Assembly: GCA_964195455.1 (NCBI GenBank)
Contig: CAXMOR010000030.1
Location: forward strand, 502-64,501
DNA: 64,000 bases
Direction: 5' to 3'
Source of the DNA: an uncultured Acidimicrobiia bacterium
Lineage (GTDB): Bacteria > Bacteroidota > Bacteroidia > Flavobacteriales > Flavobacteriaceae
The translations under genes and the position numbers were made by a program. The first letter of the stretch is position 1, and each line of letters starts with the position of its first letter. Below are positions 37,143-46,910 of this stretch, in pieces. A model generated the notes under the pieces. The model was given only the letters and a program-made list of their open reading frames with translations, did not search any database and was not told where the DNA came from.

Positions 37143-38171
37143 ATGGAAAACAAATCTTACACAAAATATTTTATCCTTTTATCAGCTTTACTGATATTAC
37201 TATTCTTTTTGAATATTAGTTTTGGTTCTGTTTCAATTCCCTTTAAAGAAATATTTCAGACATTAACTGGTGGAACTCCGTCTAAAGAAAGTTGGGAAAC
37301 GATCATTCTAAATTTTAGATTGCCTAAAGCTATTACAGCAATTTTAGTTGGTTCTGGCTTGTCTATTTGTGGTTTGTTAATGCAAACGCTTTTTAGAAAC
37401 CCCTTAGCAGGACCTTTTGTATTAGGTATTTCTTCGGGCGCAAGTTTGGGAGTTGCCATTTTAATTTTAGGCTCATCTGTTTTTGGAGGCTTTTTAGTAT
37501 CGTCTTCAATCTCAAATTGGTCTTTACCAATTGCGGCCAGTTTAGGTGCTTTTTTAGTATTATCAGCGGTGATTATTGCCGCAAATAAAGTTAGAAATAC
37601 CATGTCAATTTTAATCATTGGGTTAATGTTTGGCAGCTTAACATCGGCTGTTATAAGTGTTTTATCTTATTTCTCTGAAGCAGCTCAAATTCAGCAATAT
37701 GTATTTTGGAGTTTTGGTAGTTTAGGAAACTTAACATGGAATGAGTTGCTAGTTTTCGGTATTATTTATTTTTTAGGAATTATTGGAGCTGTCTCTGTTA
37801 TAAAACCTCTAAATAGTTTTTTATTAGGAGAAAATTATGCAAAAAGTGTAGGCATCAATATTAAAAGGAATAGAAACATTATATTACTAATTACAAGTTT
37901 ATTAACGGGCGTAATTACTGCTTTTTCTGGTCCAATAGCATTTGTAGGTTTAGCTGTTCCGCACATTGCCCGAATGTTATTTTCGAGCTCAAATCATAAA
38001 ATATTAATTCCCTCAACAGCTATTATTGGGGCAATTGTTTTATTAATTTGTGATTCAATTGCGCAATTACCGACAAGTGAATTTACACTTCCTATAAATG
38101 CCATTACGTCATTATTTGGTGCTCCTATTGTTATTTGGTTGTTAATTAGAAAAAAGACAATATTTGTGTAA
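37143..38171 (+). CDS. FecCD/BtuC-family ABC importer permease (iron-chelate or corrinoid type)
   Basis: A polytopic protein with RLPKAITAILVGSGLSICGLLMQTLFRNPLAGPFVLGISSGA. ATG 37143 is preferred over GTG 37125. Confidence 0.85.
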   Translation: MENKSYTKYFILLSALLILLFFLNISFGSVSIPFKEIFQTLTGGTPSKESWETIILNFRLPKAITAILVGSGLSICGLLMQTLFRNPLAGPFVLGISSGASLGVAILILGSSVFGGFLVSSSISNWSLPIAASLGAFLVLSAVIIAANKVRNTMSILIIGLMFGSLTSAVISVLSYFSEAAQIQQYVFWSFGSLGNLTWNELLVFGIIYFLGIIGAVSVIKPLNSFLLGENYAKSVGINIKRNRNIILLITSLLTGVITAFSGPIAFVGLAVPHIARMLFSSSNHKILIPSTAIIGAIVLLICDSIAQLPTSEFTLPINAITSLFGAPIVIWLLIRKKTIFV

Positions 38172-38233
38172 ATACCCTTCAAAGTGTCAAATTTGAAGAG
38201 TTGAGTAAAAATTAAAACTATAAGTGATACTTC

Positions 38234-39031
38234 ATGAAATCCATGTCTGAAAATAGAGTTCTTAAAACTGAAAACTTATCCATAGGTTATCAAACTAAAA
38301 AAGCACAAAATATTGTAGCTTCGAATATTAATTTATCGATTGAAAAAGGTAAATTAGTTATAGTTTTAGGCAAAAATGGTATTGGAAAATCGACTTTATT
38401 AAAAACCCTTGCAAAAGTTCAGAAACCTCTAAATGGTAGTATTTTTATCAAAAACAAGAAGTTATCATCCTATTCACACCAAGAACTAGCAACTTCTTTG
38501 AGTATGGTTTTAACGGAAAGACTACCAGAAAGTCAATTGACTGTATTTGAACTAGTTGCCCTTGGAAGACAACCTTATACGAGTTGGATTGATAAATTAT
38601 CTGCTGTTGATTTAGAAAAAATAAATTGTGTACTTGCTGAAACGGAAATTCATCACTTAAAAAACAAACGTTTTCATGAATTAAGTGATGGTCAACTGCA
38701 AAGAGTTTTAATCGCTAGGGCTTTAGCGCAAGACACAGAAATCATCATTTTAGATGAACCAACCGCACACTTAGATTTACATCATACCATCAAAATTTTT
38801 TCTTTGTTAAAAAATTTGACAGAAAAAACTTCAAAAACAATTATTATGTCTTCTCATGAGGTGAATTTATCTATAAAATTTGCAGATGAAATTATCTTAT
38901 TTACAGATGCTAAAATCTATACGGGGAGTCCTACAGAATTAATAAACAACAACTCTTTCGACAACTTATTTCCTAAAGAAATTGTTAATTTTAACAGAAA
39001 TTTACAACAGTTTATCATAAACAAAAAGTAA
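38234..39031 (+). CDS. ABC transporter ATP-binding protein (FecE/BtuD type)
   Basis: Walker A GKNGIGKST, signature LSDGQLQR and Walker B IIILDEPT. Confidence 0.9.
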   Translation: MKSMSENRVLKTENLSIGYQTKKAQNIVASNINLSIEKGKLVIVLGKNGIGKSTLLKTLAKVQKPLNGSIFIKNKKLSSYSHQELATSLSMVLTERLPESQLTVFELVALGRQPYTSWIDKLSAVDLEKINCVLAETEIHHLKNKRFHELSDGQLQRVLIARALAQDTEIIILDEPTAHLDLHHTIKIFSLLKNLTEKTSKTIIMSSHEVNLSIKFADEIILFTDAKIYTGSPTELINNNSFDNLFPKEIVNFNRNLQQFIINKK

Positions 39032-39101
39032 TTTTGAGGATATGTTAATTTTTTACTTCTTTTAATTAAAAATCAAATAAATTTAAAAACTTTTATAATC
39101 T

Positions 39102-40145
39102 ATGAAAAAAATACTTTATATAGCTGGTGCGTTGTCGTTTATGGCTTGTAGTTCTAGTAAATATGCTTCAAAAATTGAAGTTAAAAATGTAGATCAAGCT
39201 GCAAAATATGCTGCTTCAATTACTGCAAAAGATCTAGGAACTCACCTATTTACGTATGCTTCAGATGAATTTGAAGGAAGAAACACTGGGGAACCTGGCC
39301 AAAAGAAGGCTGTAGAATATTTAAAAAAATTTTATATCAAACAAGGTATTGATTCCCCAATTGGAGCTGATGATTATTTTCAAGAAGTACCTGCAGAATT
39401 TTTAAACAAAGGTGCAAGAAAAACATCTTTAAAAGATTCTGAAAATGTTCTTGCTTTCATTAAAGGTACAGAAAAACCAGATGAAATTGTAGTTATCTCT
39501 GCTCACTTAGATCATGAAGGTATTAAAAATGGTGAAATATATAATGGAGCTGATGATGACGGTTCTGGAACTGTAGCTATTTTAGAAATTGCTGAAGCTT
39601 TTAAAATGGCTACTAAGGCAGGAAAAGGTCCAAAACGATCTATATTATTTTTACATGTTACAGGTGAAGAAAAAGGACTGTTAGGTTCTAAATATTATAC
39701 AGAAAACCCTTTATTTCCTCTGGCAAATACGGTTTGTGATTTAAATATTGATATGGTTGGTAGAACTGATGAAAGACATAAAGAAGATCCAAATTATGTA
39801 TATTTAATAGGTTCTGATAAATTAAGCACTGAGTTGCATACTTTATCGGAAGAAATTAACAGAAAATACACGAACATTAATCTAGATTATAAATATAATG
39901 ATGAAAATGATCCTAATCGTTTTTACTATAGATCTGATCATTATAACTTTGCAAAACACAACATTCCAATTATTTTCTATTTTAATGGCACACACGCAGA
40001 TTATCACAGACCAAGTGATACTCCTGACAAAATTAACTACGAATTGTTAGAAACCAGAACACGTTTGGTTTTTCATACAGCTTGGGAAATTGCTAACAGA
40101 GAATCAAGAATCACTGCGGACAAAATAAAGGATATAGAAAAATAG
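39102..40145 (+). CDS. M28-family zinc aminopeptidase lipoprotein
   Basis: Lipobox FMACSSS. The metal-ligand contexts are SAHLDHEG, GADDDGSG and GEEKGLLGS. Confidence 0.85.
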   Translation: MKKILYIAGALSFMACSSSKYASKIEVKNVDQAAKYAASITAKDLGTHLFTYASDEFEGRNTGEPGQKKAVEYLKKFYIKQGIDSPIGADDYFQEVPAEFLNKGARKTSLKDSENVLAFIKGTEKPDEIVVISAHLDHEGIKNGEIYNGADDDGSGTVAILEIAEAFKMATKAGKGPKRSILFLHVTGEEKGLLGSKYYTENPLFPLANTVCDLNIDMVGRTDERHKEDPNYVYLIGSDKLSTELHTLSEEINRKYTNINLDYKYNDENDPNRFYYRSDHYNFAKHNIPIIFYFNGTHADYHRPSDTPDKINYELLETRTRLVFHTAWEIANRESRITADKIKDIEK

Positions 40146-40170
40146 TTTTTCTAAAAATTATAAATATTTA

Positions 40171-40205
40171 AAAACCGAGCAATACGAATTGCTTGGTTTT
40201 TTTTT
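40171..40205 (+). terminator. Intrinsic terminator
   Basis: aaaaccgagcaat / acga / attgcttggttttttttt. Confidence 0.7.
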
Positions 40206-40318
40206 CACCAAAAACATTCTTTTTATGAGAAATCAACCTTGGAATATATATATTAATGAAAAAATATTAATGAAGGTTAGTAAGTTTTCTTTTAAAAAAA
40301 TATATTTACAAGAAAAAT

Positions 40319-40879
40319 ATGAAAACTACCTTTATTTTAATAATTTGTTTTTTATTTATTTCTCCAAACATTCTCTCTCAAGAAGAATTCGAGAAAGAAG
40401 GAGGAGCCTATTACAAATTTTCATTTGCAACCACTTTAGGCCTTAATGAAGATTTTGAGTCTAAAATAGAAGGCGAAACTTATGGAGATCGTGTTTATGC
40501 AGGAAAAACATTTTTGAGATTGAGTGCCTTTTTTTTTGAAACCTCCGTTGGATACCAATTTGGCAAACGCGCAGCACTAGGCATCAATCTTGGGTATCAT
40601 TATCATTCAGAACAAGGTCTTCATTTTTTGCCCGCCTACGTTAATGCTAGAATTAATTTATCTGATAACGATGATAGCTTTTTCATTAGAAGTGGTTATG
40701 GACAAATATTTCGTATAAATTCTGATTTTGAATCAGGAAACATCTATAAGATCGGTTTAGGATTTCAATCTAGCAACAATATACTTGGTGGCTTCGAATT
40801 TACTCACAAAAACTTTGGTTACAGAAAACTTACTGGATTATCAAGTTTATCTGTTTTTATAGAATATGCACTTTTTTAA
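40319..40879 (+). CDS. Small outer-membrane beta-barrel-like protein, hypothetical
   Basis: 186 aa with a signal peptide, alternating amphipathic strands and a C-terminal aromatic residue (IEYALF). Confidence 0.6.
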   Translation: MKTTFILIICFLFISPNILSQEEFEKEGGAYYKFSFATTLGLNEDFESKIEGETYGDRVYAGKTFLRLSAFFFETSVGYQFGKRAALGINLGYHYHSEQGLHFLPAYVNARINLSDNDDSFFIRSGYGQIFRINSDFESGNIYKIGLGFQSSNNILGGFEFTHKNFGYRKLTGLSSLSVFIEYALF

Positions 40880-40894
40880 TTTACTCAGGTATAA

Positions 40895-40946
40895 TTTTGA
40901 AAGGCCTTATTTTAAATTTTTCTATTTAAAATAAGGCTTTTCAAAA
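40895..40946. terminator. Long inverted repeat between convergent genes (probable bidirectional terminator)
   Basis: 23-nt arms (ttttgaaaggccttattttaaat / atttaaaataaggcttttcaaaa) with one mismatch and a 6-nt loop. Confidence 0.6.
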
Positions 40947-41037
40947 TTAACTTTTTAGGGCAAGACCTTCTATCTTGGTTAATGATTTATTCAAGTCATT
41001 AAAACGAACTTCATATCAACCTTAAACTTGGCGAGTA

Positions 41038-41262
41038 TTAATCATATTGCTTCATTTCTTCATCATAAAACTCACCTGCTTTATCCATTAAACCAGCCAA
41101 TTCTGTAGCAATATCTTCTTCATTTTCTCCTGTTAAATCTTCAAACCACTCAACTGAATCGTCTTTTAAATTAATTATAAAACGTGGAAATTCTGTATGT
41201 AATACAAAAATATCTTCTGGGAATTTGCTGTTATCAGCTAGTAAAAATTTAGGTAAATCCAT
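41038..41262 (-). CDS. Small acidic hypothetical protein
   Basis: 74 aa. It lies 53 nt downstream of the MATE gene on the same strand. Confidence 0.55.
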   Translation of the reverse strand: MDLPKFLLADNSKFPEDIFVLHTEFPRFIINLKDDSVEWFEDLTGENEEDIATELAGLMDKAGEFYDEEMKQYD

Positions 41263-41315
41263 TTTGTTTATTTTTTTGTCATTTTGATTTCAGATTCATT
41301 TCGAAATGACGTTTA

Positions 41316-42707
41316 TTATTCTAATATTAATTGTTCTTTCTCTTTTATCAATTTTAAAGTTAACCGATTAAATCTGATAAATAATAAAATTGATGCTGTT
41401 GTTAAACCTGCTAATAATCCTAACCAAATACCAAAACTACCATACATTTCTTCTTTTCCTAAAAAATAGGAAACAGGAAAACCGACCACCCAATAAGAAA
41501 TAAAAGTAAGAATGGTGGGTATTTTAACATCTTGTAAACCACGTAAAGCACCTAAAACAAGTACTTGAATACTATCCGAAATTTGAAAGAATGCGGCTGC
41601 TAGCAATAATTTTGAAGCTATAGAAATTACTTCCATATTATCTGCATAATTCACTTTATCATTTAAATCCACATAAATCGTAGGCATAATTTTATGGAAG
41701 ATAAAAAACAGAATAGCAAAGATTGTTGCTAGAATAACTCCTAATAGAAAGATTGAAAATGCAATTCTACGCAATTCTTTATAATTTTGTAATCCTTTTT
41801 GGTTCCCTACCCTAATCATAGAAGCCACACTTAACCCCATAGCCACCATAAAGGTCATCGAAGATAAGTTTAACGCAATTTGATTTGCTGCTTGCGGATT
41901 TTTACCCAACAAACCACTTAACCAAATCGCAGCTGTAAAAATAGCTACTTCAAAAAACATTTGCATGGCACTTAAAGAACCTAAATTGATGATTTTTTTA
42001 ATCGTTAAAATATCTAAGACAAAGAATTTTATGTTTTTTACAATTTGTGCTGATCGCTCTTTATAGCGTAGTAATAACCATAAATAAATAACCATTATAA
42101 TTCTAGAAGCTAACGTGCCATAAGCTGCTCCAACAATACCCATTGGGGGAAATCCAAACTTTCCAAAAATGAGAATATAATTTAAAACAATGTTCACAAT
42201 ATTGGCAAGCAAAGTTGCATACATGGGGTATTTCGTCATGGACATACCATCACTAAACTGTTTTATTGCTTGAAAAATAACCAAAGGAATTAATGAAAAA
42301 GCAACCAAGTCTAAATACGGAATTGCTAATTCTACAACTTCTTTGGGCTGTTTCATTAAGTACATTAATGGTTTAGAAAAATAAATCCCTAAAAACAAAG
42401 CAATACCTATAACTGTGCACAAAAACAAACCGTGTTTATAAGTAGATCTTGCTTGTTCCAAGTTATCTGAAGAATCAGCTTCTGCTATTAAAGGTGTAAT
42501 GGCTGTCGAAAAGCCGATACCTATTGACATGGCAATAAACATAAAACTGTTCCCTAAAGAAACTGCTGCTAATTCTGCAGTTCCAATTTGGCCGACCATA
42601 ATATTATCAACAAAAGAAACAAAAGTATGCCCTAACATACCTAACATAACAGGTGCGGCAAGCTTCCAATTGTATTTAAACTCTGATGTATATTGTGTAA
42701 TATTCAC
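41316..42707 (-). CDS. MATE-family efflux transporter
   Basis: 463 aa with 12 predicted TM helices and the typical N-terminus LAAPVMLGMLGHTFVSFVDNIMVGQIG. Confidence 0.9.
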   Translation of the reverse strand: MNITQYTSEFKYNWKLAAPVMLGMLGHTFVSFVDNIMVGQIGTAELAAVSLGNSFMFIAMSIGIGFSTAITPLIAEADSSDNLEQARSTYKHGLFLCTVIGIALFLGIYFSKPLMYLMKQPKEVVELAIPYLDLVAFSLIPLVIFQAIKQFSDGMSMTKYPMYATLLANIVNIVLNYILIFGKFGFPPMGIVGAAYGTLASRIIMVIYLWLLLRYKERSAQIVKNIKFFVLDILTIKKIINLGSLSAMQMFFEVAIFTAAIWLSGLLGKNPQAANQIALNLSSMTFMVAMGLSVASMIRVGNQKGLQNYKELRRIAFSIFLLGVILATIFAILFFIFHKIMPTIYVDLNDKVNYADNMEVISIASKLLLAAAFFQISDSIQVLVLGALRGLQDVKIPTILTFISYWVVGFPVSYFLGKEEMYGSFGIWLGLLAGLTTASILLFIRFNRLTLKLIKEKEQLILE

Positions 42708-42835
42708 TTAATAAGTTGCATTCTTTAGATTGCGAAGATACATATTACAGGATGAAGCATAACTTTACAACTTATCAATTTTTCTTATCTTTTTATCATA
42801 AAATTAAGTACTTTTGATAAACAAAAAATTAAAAA

Positions 42836-43333
42836 ATGGCAGATATTACACTAAAAGGAAATGCAATAAATACAGTAGGAAATTTACCTAAAACTGGAGA
42901 AAAAGCTCCAGGTTTCAAACTAACTACTTTAGATTTATCAGAAAAAAGTTTATCAGATTTTAAAGGAAAGAAAATTATTTTAAATATTTTTCCAAGCATA
43001 GATACTGGCACATGTGCTACTTCTGTTAGAGAGTTTAATAAAAAAGCTGCAGATTTAGAAAATACAGTTGTACTTTGTATTTCTAGAGATTTACCTTTTG
43101 CGCAAGCTCGTTTTTGTGGAGCTGAAGGAATAGAAAATGTTGTAATGCTTTCTGATTTCGCTACTGGTAAATTTGGTAAGGATTATCAATTAGAAATTAC
43201 AAACGGTCCATTAGCACATTTGCACTCTAGAGCAATTGTTATTATTGATAAAAATGCGAATGTAATCTATACAGAACAAGTTTCTGAAATTGCTGATGAG
43301 CCTAATTATGATGCTGCTCTAAACGCTATGTAA
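42836..43333 (+). CDS. tpx: Thiol peroxidase
   Basis: 165 aa. The peroxidatic Cys context is FPSIDTGTCATS and the resolving Cys context is FAQARFCGAEG. Confidence 0.92.
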   Translation: MADITLKGNAINTVGNLPKTGEKAPGFKLTTLDLSEKSLSDFKGKKIILNIFPSIDTGTCATSVREFNKKAADLENTVVLCISRDLPFAQARFCGAEGIENVVMLSDFATGKFGKDYQLEITNGPLAHLHSRAIVIIDKNANVIYTEQVSEIADEPNYDAALNAM

Positions 43334-43334
43334 G

Positions 43335-43715
43335 ATGAAAAATTCTAAAGATGGATTTTTAAGAGGAAGAATACGAAGTTTAAAGTTTGCTTTAAAGGGC
43401 ATGTGGATTTTAATGACCACTGAAGATAGTATTAAAGCCCAATTATTTTTTGCTTTAATTGCCACTATTTTAGGATTTTATTTTAATATTACGGCTACAG
43501 AATGGGCTATTCAATTTATTGTAATTGGTTTGGTTTTGGTTGCTGAAGCTGCCAATACAGCTATAGAAGAGGTTGCCGATTTTATTCACCCAGAGTTTCA
43601 TGAAAAAATTGGTTTGATAAAAGATATTGCTGCGGGTATACCCAGTTTTGCAGCTTTTATATCTTTAATTATTGCAGGTATTATCTACGTACCAAAAATT
43701 TTATTATTATTTTAA
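43335..43715 (+). CDS. dgkA: Diacylglycerol kinase-family membrane protein
   Basis: 126 aa with 3 TM helices and the motif EAANTAIEEVADFIHPE. Confidence 0.8.
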   Translation: MKNSKDGFLRGRIRSLKFALKGMWILMTTEDSIKAQLFFALIATILGFYFNITATEWAIQFIVIGLVLVAEAANTAIEEVADFIHPEFHEKIGLIKDIAAGIPSFAAFISLIIAGIIYVPKILLLF

Positions 43716-43750
43716 ACATATATTTACTAAATAAAGTATTTTAAAATTTA

Positions 43751-46189
43751 ATGGCCAAAAAAAAAATAAGCACCAAAAAAGCACCTTTACAAGAAGAAGA
43801 AAAAATTAGTGTTTTTTCTTCTTTAAAAACAAGACAGGCTAAAACACTTTTTTCAATATTTTTAATGTTGTTTTCTGTTTTTTTATGCATTGCTTTTATT
43901 TCGTTTTTCTTTAATTGGCAAGAAGATCAAAGCACACTTCATTACTTAACAGATAAAACTGTAAAAAGTAAAAATCTTTTAGGTAAGGTTGGGGCTAATT
44001 TAAGTCACTTTTTTATTTACAAAGGCTTTGGCTTGGCTGCTTTTATTATCTGTTTTCAGGTTTGCTTAACTGGTTTTCATTTTCTTATTCAAAAGAAATT
44101 TTCAAAAATTATTATTTGTTGGAATTGGGGTGTAATTTCCATGTTGTGGGTTTCTTTAGTTTTTGGTTTCTTAGATAAGAAGTATGCCCTATTAGCCGGT
44201 GTTATTGGTTTTGAAATAAATAATTATTTACAAACTTTTATTGGAAAAATAGGATTAGCGATTGTTTTGATTTTTTCACTGATTGCCTATTTAGTAATTC
44301 GATATAAAGTTTCTTTAGATACTTTCATTGAAAAGATAAAACAGCAAAGACTAGAAAGAAAAGCATCAAAAATTGAAGCTGAAAAAGCAGAAAGTTTATT
44401 AGAAAATAATGATAATAAAGAAACTATCTCTGATCCAAATATACAAGACATAAAAGAAAAATCAGAGTTTGAGTTATCCGTAGAAAATCTAAAACCTACT
44501 ATTTCTAAATATTCTGATGTTTCAACCAATAAACAAGAAATCAATTTAAAAATTGAAAAAGAATCTAAACCTGAATTAAAAGTTGAGGAAGTTATTGAAG
44601 ATTTAGAAATTGATGTTGAAAAAGTTGAAGAAGAAGAACATTCTGTTGAAAATTTATCCAATAAAATATTAAAAGATTTCGGTGAGTTTGACCCTACGTT
44701 AGAGTTATCGAATTTTAAGTTCCCTACTTTCAATTTATTAAAACAATACAATGAAACTATTTCTATAGATCCAGAAGAATTAGAAGCCAATAAAAATAAA
44801 ATTGTAGAAACATTGAAAAACTACAAAATTGGTATTGCAGAAATTAAAGCTACTGTTGGCCCAACGATTACATTGTATGAAATTGTGCCAGAAGCCGGCA
44901 TCAGAATATCTAAAATCAAAAATTTAGAAGATGATATTGCATTGTCTTTATCCGCTTTAGGAATTAGAATTATTGCTCCTATTCCTGGAAAAGGCACCAT
45001 TGGTATTGAAGTCCCTAATAAAAAATCGACCATAGTGTCCATGCATTCTGTTATTTCATCAAAAAAATTCCAAGAATCAACGATGGAATTACCCATAGCT
45101 TTAGGTAAAACTATTTCTAATGAAACTTTTGTGGTTGATCTCGCAAAAATGCCTCACTTATTAATGGCGGGTGCAACTGGTCAAGGAAAATCTGTCGGTT
45201 TAAATGCAGTTTTAACATCACTTTTATATAAGAAACACCCTGCAGAAGTAAAGTTTATTTTAGTTGATCCTAAAAAAGTAGAACTAACTTTATTCAATAA
45301 AATTGAACGTCATTATTTAGCAAAATTACCAGATGTAGAAGAAGCAATTATTACAGATACAACCAAAGTTGTGCATACTTTAAATTCTTTATGTATTGAA
45401 ATGGATAACAGGTATGACTTGTTAAAGTTAGCCATGGTTAGAAATATAAAAGAATATAATGTTAAGTTTAAAAAACGTAAATTAAATCCTAATGATGGGC
45501 ATCGCTTTTTACCTTATATTGTTTTGGTTATTGATGAATTTGCAGATTTAATTATGACCGCTGGAAAAGAAGTTGAGACTCCAATTGCGCGTTTAGCACA
45601 ATTAGCTAGAGCCATTGGTATTCACTTAATTGTAGCAACACAAAGACCTTCTGTAAACGTAATTACCGGAATTATTAAAGCAAATTTCCCGGCAAGAATT
45701 GCCTTTAGAGTAACTTCTAAGATAGATTCTAGAACGATTTTAGATGCTGGAGGGGCAGATCAATTAATTGGACGTGGAGATTTATTATATACTGCAGGAA
45801 ATGAAATTAATAGAATACAATGTGCCTTTGTCGATACACCCGAAGTAGAAAAAATAACAGATTATATTGGTTCTCAAAAAGCATATCCTGAAGCTTATTT
45901 ATTACCAGAATATGTAGATGATGAAAGTGGCACAAGTATTGATATTGATATCGCAGATAGAGATAAACTTTTTAAGGAAGCAGCAGAAATAATAGTAATC
46001 GCACAACAAGGTTCTGCTTCTTTATTGCAAAGAAAATTAAAATTAGGGTACAACAGGGCAGGAAGATTAATAGACCAATTAGAAGCGGCAGGTATTGTTG
46101 GTGGTTTCGAAGGAAGCAAAGCAAGACAGGTATTAGTATCCGATTTTATGGCACTAGAACAATTATTAGAAAACGAAAAGAATCAATAA
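43751..46189 (+). CDS. ftsK: DNA translocase FtsK
   Basis: 812 aa: an N-terminal TM domain, an E/K-rich linker, Walker A GATGQGKSV, and a C-terminal gamma-domain winged helix (LLQRKLKLGYNRAGRLIDQLE). Confidence 0.95.
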   Translation: MAKKKISTKKAPLQEEEKISVFSSLKTRQAKTLFSIFLMLFSVFLCIAFISFFFNWQEDQSTLHYLTDKTVKSKNLLGKVGANLSHFFIYKGFGLAAFIICFQVCLTGFHFLIQKKFSKIIICWNWGVISMLWVSLVFGFLDKKYALLAGVIGFEINNYLQTFIGKIGLAIVLIFSLIAYLVIRYKVSLDTFIEKIKQQRLERKASKIEAEKAESLLENNDNKETISDPNIQDIKEKSEFELSVENLKPTISKYSDVSTNKQEINLKIEKESKPELKVEEVIEDLEIDVEKVEEEEHSVENLSNKILKDFGEFDPTLELSNFKFPTFNLLKQYNETISIDPEELEANKNKIVETLKNYKIGIAEIKATVGPTITLYEIVPEAGIRISKIKNLEDDIALSLSALGIRIIAPIPGKGTIGIEVPNKKSTIVSMHSVISSKKFQESTMELPIALGKTISNETFVVDLAKMPHLLMAGATGQGKSVGLNAVLTSLLYKKHPAEVKFILVDPKKVELTLFNKIERHYLAKLPDVEEAIITDTTKVVHTLNSLCIEMDNRYDLLKLAMVRNIKEYNVKFKKRKLNPNDGHRFLPYIVLVIDEFADLIMTAGKEVETPIARLAQLARAIGIHLIVATQRPSVNVITGIIKANFPARIAFRVTSKIDSRTILDAGGADQLIGRGDLLYTAGNEINRIQCAFVDTPEVEKITDYIGSQKAYPEAYLLPEYVDDESGTSIDIDIADRDKLFKEAAEIIVIAQQGSASLLQRKLKLGYNRAGRLIDQLEAAGIVGGFEGSKARQVLVSDFMALEQLLENEKNQ

Positions 46190-46191
46190 AA

Positions 46192-46848
46192 ATGAAAAAA
46201 ATATCAATTTTATTTTTAAGTTTATGTATTACATCAATTACTTTTTCTCAGAATTCAGAAGAAGCAAAATCTTTGTTAGATGAGGTTTCTATAAAAATGG
46301 GAGCTTATGAAAACATGTATTTAGGTTTTACTCAAACTTTAAGTAATGAAGATGCTGGCATTAAAGAGGGTGATGAACCACCAATAAGAGGAGTAATTAA
46401 TTTACAAAGAGAAAAGTACAGCTTAAATTACTTGGGAAATAAATTTATTTATGATGGTAAAAAATTATATGTAATTAACAATGATGAAAAAGAAATCTCA
46501 ATTACTGAAGGTGATTTAGAAGGTGATGATGGTTTTATTTATCCATCAAAATTATTAACTTTTTACAAAGAAGGCTACAATTTTGATATGGGAAAACTAC
46601 AAAATATCAATGGACGCGAAATTCAGTTTGTAACTTTAAATCCTATCGATAGTAATTCAGATATTGTTAAAGTTGAATTAGGTATTGATTCAAAAACAAA
46701 ACATATTTATACGCTAGTACAAACCGGATCTAACAGTTCTAGAACAGCATTTACCATCACCAAATTTAAGAGTAATCAAACATTATCTGAAAATTTTTTT
46801 ATATTTGATAAACAAAAATACTTAAGTCAAAATTATACAATCGATTAA
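46192..46848 (+). CDS. LolA-like outer-membrane lipoprotein carrier protein
   Basis: 218 aa with a signal peptide. It lies 2 nt downstream of ftsK, the conserved ftsK-lolA arrangement. Confidence 0.7.
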   Translation: MKKISILFLSLCITSITFSQNSEEAKSLLDEVSIKMGAYENMYLGFTQTLSNEDAGIKEGDEPPIRGVINLQREKYSLNYLGNKFIYDGKKLYVINNDEKEISITEGDLEGDDGFIYPSKLLTFYKEGYNFDMGKLQNINGREIQFVTLNPIDSNSDIVKVELGIDSKTKHIYTLVQTGSNSSRTAFTITKFKSNQTLSENFFIFDKQKYLSQNYTID

Positions 46849-46910
46849 TTCTTTCAATTAACAGAAAATTAGTAGCATCTTAATATTTAAGATGCTACTT
46901 TTGCTTTTTT

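Noticed and set aside
40189-40446. 85-aa ORF overlapping the terminator after the M28 gene and the start of 40319..40879.
   Set aside because: It starts inside the terminator T-run and overlaps the better-supported signal-peptide ORF in another frame.
44287-44790. 167-aa antisense ORF inside ftsK, long for an AT-rich genome.
   Set aside because: It lies opposite the E/K-rich linker of FtsK. GAA and AAA codons give stop-free TTC and TTT on the other strand. Its product is low-complexity S/F-rich, which is a compositional artefact.
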